Shown: piece after piece, positions 39,894 to 48,026 of the stretch
Position numbering within the stretch: the first letter of the stretch is position 1
Layout of the letters: every line of letters starts with the position of its first letter
IMG/VR virus record: IMGVR_UViG_3300025070_000024
Location: 16,917-80,916 of that record
Origin: a virus
DNA length: 64,000 nt
Strand: one strand, 5' to 3'
The notes under the pieces: generated by a model
Database searches by the model: none
Told to the model about the DNA's origin: nothing
What the model saw: only the letters and a program-made list of their open reading frames with translations
Position numbers and translations under genes: made by a program

Positions 39894-40150
39894 CATTGTA
39901 TGATGCCTTGCCTAGGCACCTCAATCTTAAGTAACACGGGGTTTGACTGTGCCTTGTTACCCAATTCAGTTACTATCTAAAAGTCCTACGCTAATCAATC
40001 GTAGGCATTATTTATCAGTCAAGCAATAGTGTACGTGTTACCGCTTGATGTATAGACCACGTACCTGTCCCAGCTTGGACAGCTTAGTCATAGTTAGAGG
40101 GGGTGTAGCTGTTAGTGACGACTACGGTCTCAGTACACCCCTTCCATTTC

Positions 40151-40232
40151 AGCACAGTCAGGTTTGATAAGCATTTCATTTCATCAGAATGGATTACAAA
40201 ATGCTTATGTGGTTCAATTCCACACTGTGCTC
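40151..40232 (+). ncRNA. tRNA-like RNA lacking a D stem
   Basis: Acceptor AGCACAG/CTGTGCT; T arm TGTGG-TTCAATT-CCACA; 9-bp TAAGCATTT/AAATGCTTA stem in the anticodon position. Confidence 0.55.
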
Positions 40233-40261
40233 AATCAACTAAAACATCGAATACACACAAG

Positions 40262-40777
40262 ATGGATATCAGCAAAACAAAGTTCATTAAGAACCTAGTG
40301 TTCAAACAGAGAAGCTACATCGAAGGAGGCAAAGTGTCTTACGGTGACAACCAGAGACACATCAACTATCAAGCTTGGCTTCACCTTCCAAACAAGTACA
40401 AGCTCTCAATTATCACTGGCCCTGTTGGGACAGGACTAAAATCTGTTCCTAACGTCTATGAAATTGGGTTCTTCTCTTCACTTCATGGAGAGATGATTAA
40501 GGCACACAAAGAGGTGTACTGTTTCACCAACAAAGAAGGTGTAGAGAAGGAAGTTATTGACTACGATAGCACTGCTGGCTACTTCACTCTTGAAGGGCTT
40601 GAAGAATACCTCGTAGAGATTAGTGGGCGTCCAACTCGTACCATCGAAATGGAGATCGAAGAGGGTTACCTCTGTTCAGTACATAAGACAGAGTTAGAAT
40701 ACTCTACCAATAGCCAAGTAATGGAACGCGTGTGTCCTAAATGCGAACCTGGACTCTTTAAATCTGAAGCCGAGTAA
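40262..40777 (+). CDS. Hypothetical protein with C-terminal Zn ribbon
   Basis: Likely ATG 40262; CSVH...CPKC. Confidence 0.6.
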   Translation: MDISKTKFIKNLVFKQRSYIEGGKVSYGDNQRHINYQAWLHLPNKYKLSIITGPVGTGLKSVPNVYEIGFFSSLHGEMIKAHKEVYCFTNKEGVEKEVIDYDSTAGYFTLEGLEEYLVEISGRPTRTIEMEIEEGYLCSVHKTELEYSTNSQVMERVCPKCEPGLFKSEAE

Positions 40778-40779
40778 TC

Positions 40780-41244
40780 ATGAAAACTATTAAAGAAGAT
40801 ATCTTTTTAGGATGGACAGCAGGTGAACTAGCTATAACATACAAAAGGGCAGCGCTAGATGGACCAACCATCAAAGCACCTGAGCATACTATCAAACTAC
40901 TACGTAGATGCTACTCAGATACTATTGAGATACGTGAGTCAGCTATATGCATAGGTATATCCCGCGCTAATAGAATACGCTCAGTATTTATAGTAGGGGA
41001 AGGCGGTACAGCCGGATGCGTGATTGACCCTAAGCTAGTATTCAGCAGACTGCTGCTAGAAAACTGCTCTGCCTTTATCTTATCTCACAACCATCCTAGT
41101 GGCAACACAAACCCTAGTATGGCAGATAAGAAATTGACACGTGATTTTCGAGCTTGTGGTAAAGTACTCGACATACCCTTGCTCGACCACATAATAGTCA
41201 CCGACAACTCACACTTCTCGTTTGCTACACACGATATGCTATAA
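40780..41244 (+). CDS. JAB/RadC-family protein
   Basis: E...HNHPSG...PS.AD...LLDHIIV motif. Confidence 0.88.
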   Translation: MKTIKEDIFLGWTAGELAITYKRAALDGPTIKAPEHTIKLLRRCYSDTIEIRESAICIGISRANRIRSVFIVGEGGTAGCVIDPKLVFSRLLLENCSAFILSHNHPSGNTNPSMADKKLTRDFRACGKVLDIPLLDHIIVTDNSHFSFATHDML

Positions 41245-41518
41245 CACTATCATCATGCCGCATCCTAAACTCACTCCGACACTCAAGTCCAAGTATCAAA
41301 ACAAATGGTACAAGGCCTTAGTAGACAAGATCCAAAAGGATCCCAATGTTCCAGATTGCGAAAGAGTTCAACTCAAACAAGGGTATATATTCATTTCTCG
41401 TGCTGTAGAACTTGTATTCGAGCACAGCGCAGAAGCACATGCTCTTCTACTAGAACTAAATGAACAGGAACACCTGGATACAGATCCAGATGCTACTCGT
41501 CTTTTTGATCCGCAATAA
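41222..41518 (+). CDS. Hypothetical protein
   Basis: Open frame; true start probably the internal Met (MPHPK). Confidence 0.5.
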   Translation: MLHTICYNTIIMPHPKLTPTLKSKYQNKWYKALVDKIQKDPNVPDCERVQLKQGYIFISRAVELVFEHSAEAHALLLELNEQEHLDTDPDATRLFDPQ

Positions 41519-41669
41519 CTCTATTTCGGAGATACGCTAGTTCTTGATGAAGCTCTCCTATCATTTGTATGAGCTTTAAGTTTTGCTGACGCAACTCATC
41601 TATTGTTGATTCCAAATGCTGGATTCTATCCATCATTTTCAGTATAAGTTTCGTCTTCTTAAACATCAT
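41493..41669 (-). CDS. Antisense small coiled-coil protein (58 aa)
   Basis: Read manually: MMFKKTKLILKMMDRIQHLESTIDELRQQNLKLIQMIGELHQELAYLRNRVIADQKDE; exact TAnnTTTG at 41683-41690. Confidence 0.6.
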   Translation of the reverse strand: MMFKKTKLILKMMDRIQHLESTIDELRQQNLKLIQMIGELHQELAYLRNRVIADQKDE

Positions 41670-41708
41670 TGCAGAGTATTCTCAAAAATACGATAATTAT
41701 AGTAAACT

Positions 41709-41999
41709 ATGACGTCTATACTTCAAACAGCTGAGCGCAAACACATGCATTCTATTGTTCAATCATATGAATCTATCAGAATAAACTTAATATTAGTTTA
41801 CCTCTTGATTTTTCTGTGTCTACTTTCTATGTGCCTGTTTGCCCTTATAAGCAAATCATACACTGCAGATCTGTGTATACAATTCGTACACTCCCTAGGT
41901 TTTTTGTATATTGGTATTCGGTATGCTCATACCCGCATACTGCTGAAAAAAGCAAAAGAACAATATGACGTTGCCTTCGAAACCAGAGGTGTCCTCTGA
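41709..41999 (+). CDS. Membrane protein
   Basis: Two hydrophobic helices. Confidence 0.55.
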   Translation: MTSILQTAERKHMHSIVQSYESIRINLILVYLLIFLCLLSMCLFALISKSYTADLCIQFVHSLGFLYIGIRYAHTRILLKKAKEQYDVAFETRGVL

Positions 42000-42115
42000 A
42001 CCAGTACGAATTTATACTTACTTCCGCAGCGGAGTAGAATTGATTAGCCCCTCTCTGAATATTTCTTTATCCAGGAATGATGGGCATCAACAAGTAACTT
42101 ACATAGAGTACAACT

Positions 42116-42388
42116 ATGATGAACCCTCCTGATGACCCAGAGCTTAAGCTCTATAGTGGCGACGTATTTTTAACGATATGCGTTGTACACACAAAGACAG
42201 AAGCTTCTTCTATAGAAGAACTAGAGCAAGACACTCTAAAAGCTGTCAGACGTTTGCTTTCTCCTGATAGTTCAGAGATTGCTAGCATCAACATAGAGTT
42301 AGAAGACTCTGATTTAATGCAAGTCAATCGCGAGCCAGACTGGTGGGATAAAGTTGATGAGGCTAGGGATCATCTTAAAAATAAATAA
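42116..42388 (+). CDS. Hypothetical acidic protein
   Basis: 90 aa ORF with ATG. Confidence 0.55.
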   Translation: MMNPPDDPELKLYSGDVFLTICVVHTKTEASSIEELEQDTLKAVRRLLSPDSSEIASINIELEDSDLMQVNREPDWWDKVDEARDHLKNK

Positions 42389-42393
42389 TCTAA

Positions 42394-42588
42394 ATGGCTA
42401 CGATTTTTGAAAATGTATTCAAATGTGTAGTAGTGCGAGACAAACAATATCGCACTGCTTTCTATTCTCACACAGCAGAACTAGCTAAGCGAGAAGCACG
42501 TATTTATGTACGTGCAAACAAAGACAAAAACATTACTTATGAAATCACACAGCCTGTACAGGTATTTGTGAATAGGCCATATATCTAA
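42394..42588 (+). CDS. Hypothetical protein
   Basis: 64 aa ORF with A-rich leader. Confidence 0.5.
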   Translation: MATIFENVFKCVVVRDKQYRTAFYSHTAELAKREARIYVRANKDKNITYEITQPVQVFVNRPYI

Positions 42589-42623
42589 TATCTATATGTA
42601 CTTGCTCATATCAAATAAAGCAG

Positions 42624-42631
42624 TATATTTG
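42624..42631 (+). promoter_or_regulatory. Bacteroidota -7 promoter element TATATTTG
   Basis: Exact TAnnTTTG in intergenic DNA with TTG about 20 nt upstream. Confidence 0.55.
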
Positions 42632-42760
42632 ACTGTGTAGTATAGAGTATATGCAAGTAAGAATGTTTTTCCAAAGTACCTCTTGCACTCACAATATAGA
42701 CTTCATATATGTGACGAAAGAGACGTTGTAAGCAGTTTGTTTTATTTGGTTATAGGTAAG

Positions 42761-42777
42761 AGGGCTTCGGCCCTTTT
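42761..42777 (+). terminator. Intrinsic terminator
   Basis: AGGGC-TTCG-GCCCT followed by T-rich tract. Confidence 0.7.
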
Positions 42778-43084
42778 ACTTTTTCTTCGTGTTTCGGCGA
42801 CGAGATGAGGGTTTTTTCCCCTTCTTCATGCCATTACGAGCACGATTCTTTGACTGTGATTCCATCACAATCTTACCGCCTTTTGTATGGGAGGCATCCT
42901 TTTTATCCTTATTACCATACGTCCCTGCGCGTCTGTTAGCTCTATTAGCAGCGACGCGCTTCTTTACCGCTGATTTTTTCTTCTGGTATTGAGCATCATA
43001 CTTACGCTTCTTTGCGATACTCCTCGCAGTCATGCCACGTTGTTTATACGTGCGCCCTTTACCAGCTAATGAGTTACGTGCCAT
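42776..43084 (-). CDS. Highly basic protein, possibly degenerate HNH-like
   Basis: 102 aa Lys/Arg rich; KDASH...GG...NRARN. Confidence 0.65.
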   Translation of the reverse strand: MARNSLAGKGRTYKQRGMTARSIAKKRKYDAQYQKKKSAVKKRVAANRANRRAGTYGNKDKKDASHTKGGKIVMESQSKNRARNGMKKGKKPSSRRRNTKKK

Positions 43085-43140
43085 GCCCTAAAATTTAATC
43101 AGTACTAATTTAAATCTTTTACCTCTATTTTTTAAGTATC

Positions 43141-43653
43141 ATGAGTAATCAAGCTAAGAACTTTGTTCGTGTAGTATCCCATTCTATTCAATCAGACAAG
43201 AATGGTCGTGAGTATAACCGTGTGACTCTTCAACAGTTGCAGGGTCGTGAAGAGATTGCTGACCCTGAGACAGGCGAAGCACTGGCTGTCATTGGTCCAG
43301 AGATGACTGTCAATATTACTGGATACAAAATCCCGTACTACTTTGAGCTGGATGACCCGAAGGCACGTCCTGATTATGTGTGGAATGCACGTGAAGGGCA
43401 GGCTATTCAAGGTGTCATTGTTCGCACTACGGTAGAGCCATATATGATTGGTGAACGTACTGTCTCTACAGCTACTGTGTTTGTGCAGGGCGATCCAGAC
43501 GGTGCCGACTTTGAGATGCGTAAGTCTCAAGCCTTTGAGCGTAGCGGTCGCACAATTGTACATCTCGGTGCATTGTTTAGTGACGACAGCGTAGTACCTA
43601 CTCGCGGCAATCGCATTGTAGTACCCGTGTCAAACGAGTCTATCGAGATTTGA
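43141..43653 (+). CDS. Putative ssDNA-binding (OB-fold-like) protein
   Basis: DKNGREY beta-rich N-terminus; precedes replication genes; has own terminator. Confidence 0.4.
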   Translation: MSNQAKNFVRVVSHSIQSDKNGREYNRVTLQQLQGREEIADPETGEALAVIGPEMTVNITGYKIPYYFELDDPKARPDYVWNAREGQAIQGVIVRTTVEPYMIGERTVSTATVFVQGDPDGADFEMRKSQAFERSGRTIVHLGALFSDDSVVPTRGNRIVVPVSNESIEI

Positions 43654-43672
43654 GCACTAAGTAGGTCTTAAG

Positions 43673-43706
43673 AAAGGGGGAGTGGCAAATGCTGCTCCCT
43701 CTTTTT
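43673..43706 (+). terminator. Intrinsic terminator
   Basis: GGGGGAGTGGCA/TGCTGCTCCCTC hairpin followed by T run. Confidence 0.7.
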
Positions 43707-43731
43707 ATTATCGAGAAGTAAAATATTCAAC

Positions 43732-44064
43732 ATGCCAGTAAAAATACCAACTGAACCTAATGAGGTAGTATACCGTGATAAGAACGGTAGAGAGTTTAGC
43801 ATCGACCAATTAAGCGAAAGCCAGCTCGCGGTAGCACTGTATGATATGTTGCAGAGAAAAGCCAGACATAATCATAAGGTAAATAAGATGTTTGACGTAG
43901 CTGACAAGCTTAGTCAAGTCGTTGTAGCTATCCACAAAGAGCAAGCATCACGCAAGGCTCCTATCACACTAGAGCCTTACTATAAATTGCAATGTGCTGC
44001 AGACCAAGGCACATTGACATGGGTGCAAACCCAAGTAAACCTCGTGATAGAAGAGGATGAGTAA
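43732..44064 (+). CDS. Hypothetical protein
   Basis: 110 aa ORF. Confidence 0.55.
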   Translation: MPVKIPTEPNEVVYRDKNGREFSIDQLSESQLAVALYDMLQRKARHNHKVNKMFDVADKLSQVVVAIHKEQASRKAPITLEPYYKLQCAADQGTLTWVQTQVNLVIEEDE

Positions 44065-44077
44065 CTAATTTAACGTA

Positions 44078-45973
44078 GTGAAATACGTTATCTACCCTCC
44101 ATCAGTATCTGTCCCTGACTCTACACAGTATGAGCGTATGACATTTAACAATGCGTGTGCTGCATTGCATAGTGCTACATTCTTATACATAGACTTAGAG
44201 ACTACAGGTTTTGATTTTCTCAATGATGATATACTTACTGTACAGATGGCTACCGATCATCTTAATCAGTATGTATTCATCTTGGGAGATGACCTAGATA
44301 TACCTGACTTGATACCTACCCTAGAATCAGCATCTATGCTTGTAGGTCACAACATAAAATTTGATCTCAAGTTTCTACGTCGAGAGCCATACAGCTATTC
44401 AGCTAAGAAGGTGTTCGACACTATGATTGTAGAACAGATACTGGTCAATGGCACTAATCAACGTGCGTCTCTACTAGCTGTGGTTCAACGCTACTGCCAA
44501 GTAGATTTAGATAAATCTGTCCGCGCATCATTTGGCAATACCAATGGGAATGTTATGCTCACTGAACGTCAGATTCTGTATGCTTTAGACGACGTAGTAT
44601 ACCTACCAAGTATACTCACGACGCAGATAGAATCTCTTCAAGAGCACAATCTTATGAAGATTGCTGAACTAGAATGCCATGCTGTCCTCGCCTTCACTGA
44701 GATAGAATACAACGGTCTCAGTATAGATGTAGACCGGTGGAAGAAACAGGTAGAAAGTCTTAAGGTTGAAGCTATACAGCTAGAGATCGATATGAATACT
44801 ATGGTCGACACCGACCCAGTATTTGATTCGGCTCGACATACAACATATCAAACGGATATGTTCTTATCAGATTCTGACGTATCCGGTACACGTATTAACT
44901 GGGAGTCTCCTATGGAAGTGCTCAAAGTATTTCAGTGTATCGATAAGAAGTTAGAATCTTTTGGAGATAGCGAAATCATCAAGATGATGAGCAAGACTAA
45001 GCTCGCACCTATGATGAAGGAGTACCGAGAAAAGTCCAAGAAAGTATCTTCCTTTGGAGATAAGTTCTTGTCTAATATGTGGAGTGATGGCAAGATTCAT
45101 CCTCGATTTATTCAGATCAAAAGGACTGGTCGTGTATCCTGTAAAGAACCTAACATGCAGCAGATACCTGCAGATAACAGCTATCGTAACTGTTTCATCA
45201 CAACGCCAGGTAATGTCTTCGTGTCAGCTGACTACTCTTCCCAAGAGTTATGCATTATAGCGCACGGGTCTAAAGACCCTGTGTTTAATCATGCTTTGCA
45301 GCAGAAGCATGATTTGCATTCTGTATGTGCAGAGCTTGTATTCGGACAGGAATGGAAAGATGCTGCATTAGATGACTGCGCATATTATGCCGGCAAGAAA
45401 AAATGCAGCTGCCCTGAACACAAGAAGCTACGGACTACTGTAAAGAGTATCAACTTTGGACTTGCTTATGGTATGGGGCCGAAGAAGTTATCTGAAACTA
45501 TGAGCATACCTATGAAGGATGCTTCAAGTTTAATAGATAAATACTTCCAAGCTTTTCCAACTATTAAAGAGTTCCTAGATTCACAATCACGTTACGGAGT
45601 ACGTAACGGTTGCATCAAAACATTCGACCCTTGGGGACGTATACGTTGGTTTGACGATTGGTCACCAGGGTATATGGACATGGCAATCAAGGGAAGGATA
45701 GAAAGGATTTCAAAAAACACACCTATTCAAGGTACTGCAGCAGACATGACTAAGCATGCCTTAGTACTTTGCCACAGCTATATCAGAGATAACAACTTCC
45801 CTGCTACTCTCGTCATGACTGTACATGATCAAATAGATACAGTCTGCGCAGAAGAAAATGCAGATGAGTGGGCTGCTATTCTAAAAAAGCTAATGGAAGA
45901 AGCAGCACAACACATAATGGGAAATGACCTACTCAAAGCAGAGGTCGAGATAACAGAAAAATGGAGCAAGTAA
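44078..45973 (+). CDS. polA: Family A DNA polymerase with 3'-5' exonuclease
   Basis: Exo DLETTG, GHNIKFD, YALDD; polymerase ADYSSQEL, KSINFGLAYG, TVHDQ. Confidence 0.93.
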   Translation: MKYVIYPPSVSVPDSTQYERMTFNNACAALHSATFLYIDLETTGFDFLNDDILTVQMATDHLNQYVFILGDDLDIPDLIPTLESASMLVGHNIKFDLKFLRREPYSYSAKKVFDTMIVEQILVNGTNQRASLLAVVQRYCQVDLDKSVRASFGNTNGNVMLTERQILYALDDVVYLPSILTTQIESLQEHNLMKIAELECHAVLAFTEIEYNGLSIDVDRWKKQVESLKVEAIQLEIDMNTMVDTDPVFDSARHTTYQTDMFLSDSDVSGTRINWESPMEVLKVFQCIDKKLESFGDSEIIKMMSKTKLAPMMKEYREKSKKVSSFGDKFLSNMWSDGKIHPRFIQIKRTGRVSCKEPNMQQIPADNSYRNCFITTPGNVFVSADYSSQELCIIAHGSKDPVFNHALQQKHDLHSVCAELVFGQEWKDAALDDCAYYAGKKKCSCPEHKKLRTTVKSINFGLAYGMGPKKLSETMSIPMKDASSLIDKYFQAFPTIKEFLDSQSRYGVRNGCIKTFDPWGRIRWFDDWSPGYMDMAIKGRIERISKNTPIQGTAADMTKHALVLCHSYIRDNNFPATLVMTVHDQIDTVCAEENADEWAAILKKLMEEAAQHIMGNDLLKAEVEITEKWSK

Positions 45974-46218
45974 AAACCCGCATAAGAGTACCTAATAAAG
46001 AGTACTACTTGATGAATCAGCAACAGCGTATTAATTACTGGGCTGATTATTTGAACCGATTAACTAGTTACATGGCTATTGAGGAGAGCCTATCTCCCCT
46101 ACAAATTCAACGGATTTCTAACGAGATTCAACACATAACCCAATACCTTAAAGTTTTAAGTAATGCCCCAGCACGTACCCATAAAAGCGGGACCGACCTC
46201 TCGCCAAGCAATGTTTGA
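45961..46218 (+). CDS. Hypothetical protein
   Basis: 85 aa, overlaps polA stop. Confidence 0.5.
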   Translation: MEQVKTRIRVPNKEYYLMNQQQRINYWADYLNRLTSYMAIEESLSPLQIQRISNEIQHITQYLKVLSNAPARTHKSGTDLSPSNV

Positions 46219-46921
46219 TGTACCTGTACCTACAGCAACACGTACATATGGACCTATACCTAACGCAGACCTCTACAACTTTGTAGTTAGTCGTATCAAA
46301 GAACAGAACCTCTCTATTACCAATGAATCTTTTGGTACAGATGCGGGAGGACAAGTGATGCTATGCAAGTTGCACATCTCTAGCAATGACCTAGAGATGG
46401 ACCAAATGCTAGCCTTTTGGAATAGCTACAATAAGACTCGTGCAGTAACATTTACTACTGGCAGTGTAGTGCGCGTATGTACAAATGGCATGATGTGGTC
46501 TGATGGAGATATCCAAAGACACAGGCACTACCGGGATCGTTGGCAATCTATTCAAGACGACCTAGGTAAGGCTATCGATAAGATTGAACCTAAGTTCAAG
46601 AAGTGCCAAGCGCTGCGTAAAGAATGGAAGCGTGTGCCTATTGACTATACTAACACCGGCAAGCTTGCAGGGCAGCTATATTTTGACAATATCATTACGC
46701 CTCGTATGCTTAGTGATATCAAGAAAGAGACAACAGAGAGTGAGAACTTCTCATATGTCAATGCCGATGGTGAGCTTCGTGGCAACATGTGGCAGTTCTA
46801 TAACAACTGCACTCAAGCATTGAAGCGTAGTCGTGCCTCTACTTACGGTGAGTACAATGATCGGTTGACTAAGCGGTTGGCTCACGTCACTGGTCATGCC
46901 GACATTGTAATGGGAGACTAA
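46163..46921 (+). CDS. DUF932-like protein
   Basis: TYGPIPN, NSYNKT, VRVCTNGM, WQFYNNCTQALK motifs. Confidence 0.7.
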   Translation: MPQHVPIKAGPTSRQAMFDVPVPTATRTYGPIPNADLYNFVVSRIKEQNLSITNESFGTDAGGQVMLCKLHISSNDLEMDQMLAFWNSYNKTRAVTFTTGSVVRVCTNGMMWSDGDIQRHRHYRDRWQSIQDDLGKAIDKIEPKFKKCQALRKEWKRVPIDYTNTGKLAGQLYFDNIITPRMLSDIKKETTESENFSYVNADGELRGNMWQFYNNCTQALKRSRASTYGEYNDRLTKRLAHVTGHADIVMGD

Positions 46922-46922
46922 G

Positions 46923-47201
46923 ATGGACATCCGTGAACTCTCAACAGTTCAAGCGGCACTGAGTGAGGCCCAGCGTGTAAGTAAAGCACTGACTATTAGT
47001 AGCCAGGATAAGTCTTTCTTCCGCTGGGCTATACTCAAAGGCCCCCACCCAAAGACCTCAAGCAACGAAATATTCTACATACTTGTAGATCTACGCACTC
47101 AATACACCGTATGCTATATACGTGACTTGAACAAGCTTGAGCAGAAGTGTAAGAAGCACAATGTAGATGTAAATAGGATTGTGCTCCAATTCAATACATA
47201 A
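46923..47201 (+). CDS. Hypothetical protein
   Basis: 92 aa ORF, coupled to next gene. Confidence 0.5.
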   Translation: MDIRELSTVQAALSEAQRVSKALTISSQDKSFFRWAILKGPHPKTSSNEIFYILVDLRTQYTVCYIRDLNKLEQKCKKHNVDVNRIVLQFNT

Positions 47202-47545
47202 TGGCACACTCTTTTCATCACAGCCAAAGTTCTGCACGAATTCATGGTGGTACACCTGACGACTACTTACCTATCCATAATTGGTTAGATGCAAGTAAAT
47301 CCTCATATGCTGACCACCGACACCGCGCCCTAAGACATCACACTCTTGGAGTCTTTTGGGCAGAAGAACATTTCGGTGTCACAATAACCAACAGTGATGG
47401 CAAAGAAGTTCCAGTTAGGACAATTGCCGAACAGCACATCCGAGAAGATCTCGGACGTATACCTACAGTAAAAGACTGGCTCCAAAACCTACCCAAAGAG
47501 TTCTGGATGACCGGTCGTAAACTACCTCAACATGCTATCAGCTGA
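47201..47545 (+). CDS. DUF6915-like His-rich protein
   Basis: MAHSFHH..SS...GG...DY..IH.W.D.SK...RHRALRHH...EQHIRED. Confidence 0.75.
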   Translation: MAHSFHHSQSSARIHGGTPDDYLPIHNWLDASKSSYADHRHRALRHHTLGVFWAEEHFGVTITNSDGKEVPVRTIAEQHIREDLGRIPTVKDWLQNLPKEFWMTGRKLPQHAIS

Positions 47546-48026
47546 TATACTTCCAAAAGCACTCAACACTATCATCAATGAATGCTATGCTCTATCTCGT
47601 GTCACACCTACTGACTATCCTGTCATCAAGATTAACTACCACGGTGTAGGTGATTCAGGCGGCATAGAATCAGTTATGTTCCTTACTCCCAAAGGCGCTG
47701 AACTGGCTCACAAGAATGAGATTCCTCCAGTCTTCCCTAGAGAAGAGATGCAGGAATACTACGCTACTACTACGCATACTTATGTATACAATGCAAATGA
47801 GTCTAAAACATGTATTGTTCCTTTAGAGATAGACCTCTGTGATCCTAAAATGTCATCCGGTTGGGCTACCATAGAACAATGGATATACACTAGATTTTCA
47901 CTTTGCGAAGTAAATGACGGGTGTATGGCTGACATTTTCGTTGATCAACCTATGGGAGCTATCTGGGGTACACGTACAGATTTTGTCACTGAAGAGCACG
48001 TTACACAGTTCCGGTATGAAAATTGA
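47532..48026 (+). CDS. DUF6878-like protein
   Basis: Y.G.GDSGGIE and E.NDG motifs; adjacent to DUF6915-like gene. Confidence 0.55.
   Translation: MLSADILPKALNTIINECYALSRVTPTDYPVIKINYHGVGDSGGIESVMFLTPKGAELAHKNEIPPVFPREEMQEYYATTTHTYVYNANESKTCIVPLEIDLCDPKMSSGWATIEQWIYTRFSLCEVNDGCMADIFVDQPMGAIWGTRTDFVTEEHVTQFRYEN

Noticed and set aside
40151-40232. Canonical decoding tRNA
   Set aside because: No D stem and no 7-nt anticodon loop; kept only as a tRNA-like element
40115-40261. N-terminal extension of track ORF 40115..40777
   Set aside because: GTG start overlaps the hairpin and tRNA-like structure; ATG 40262 has a typical A-rich leader
45815-45835. PolA motif C reads HDQ rather than HDE
   Set aside because: Catalytic His-Asp is intact; a single substitution is not evidence of altered function
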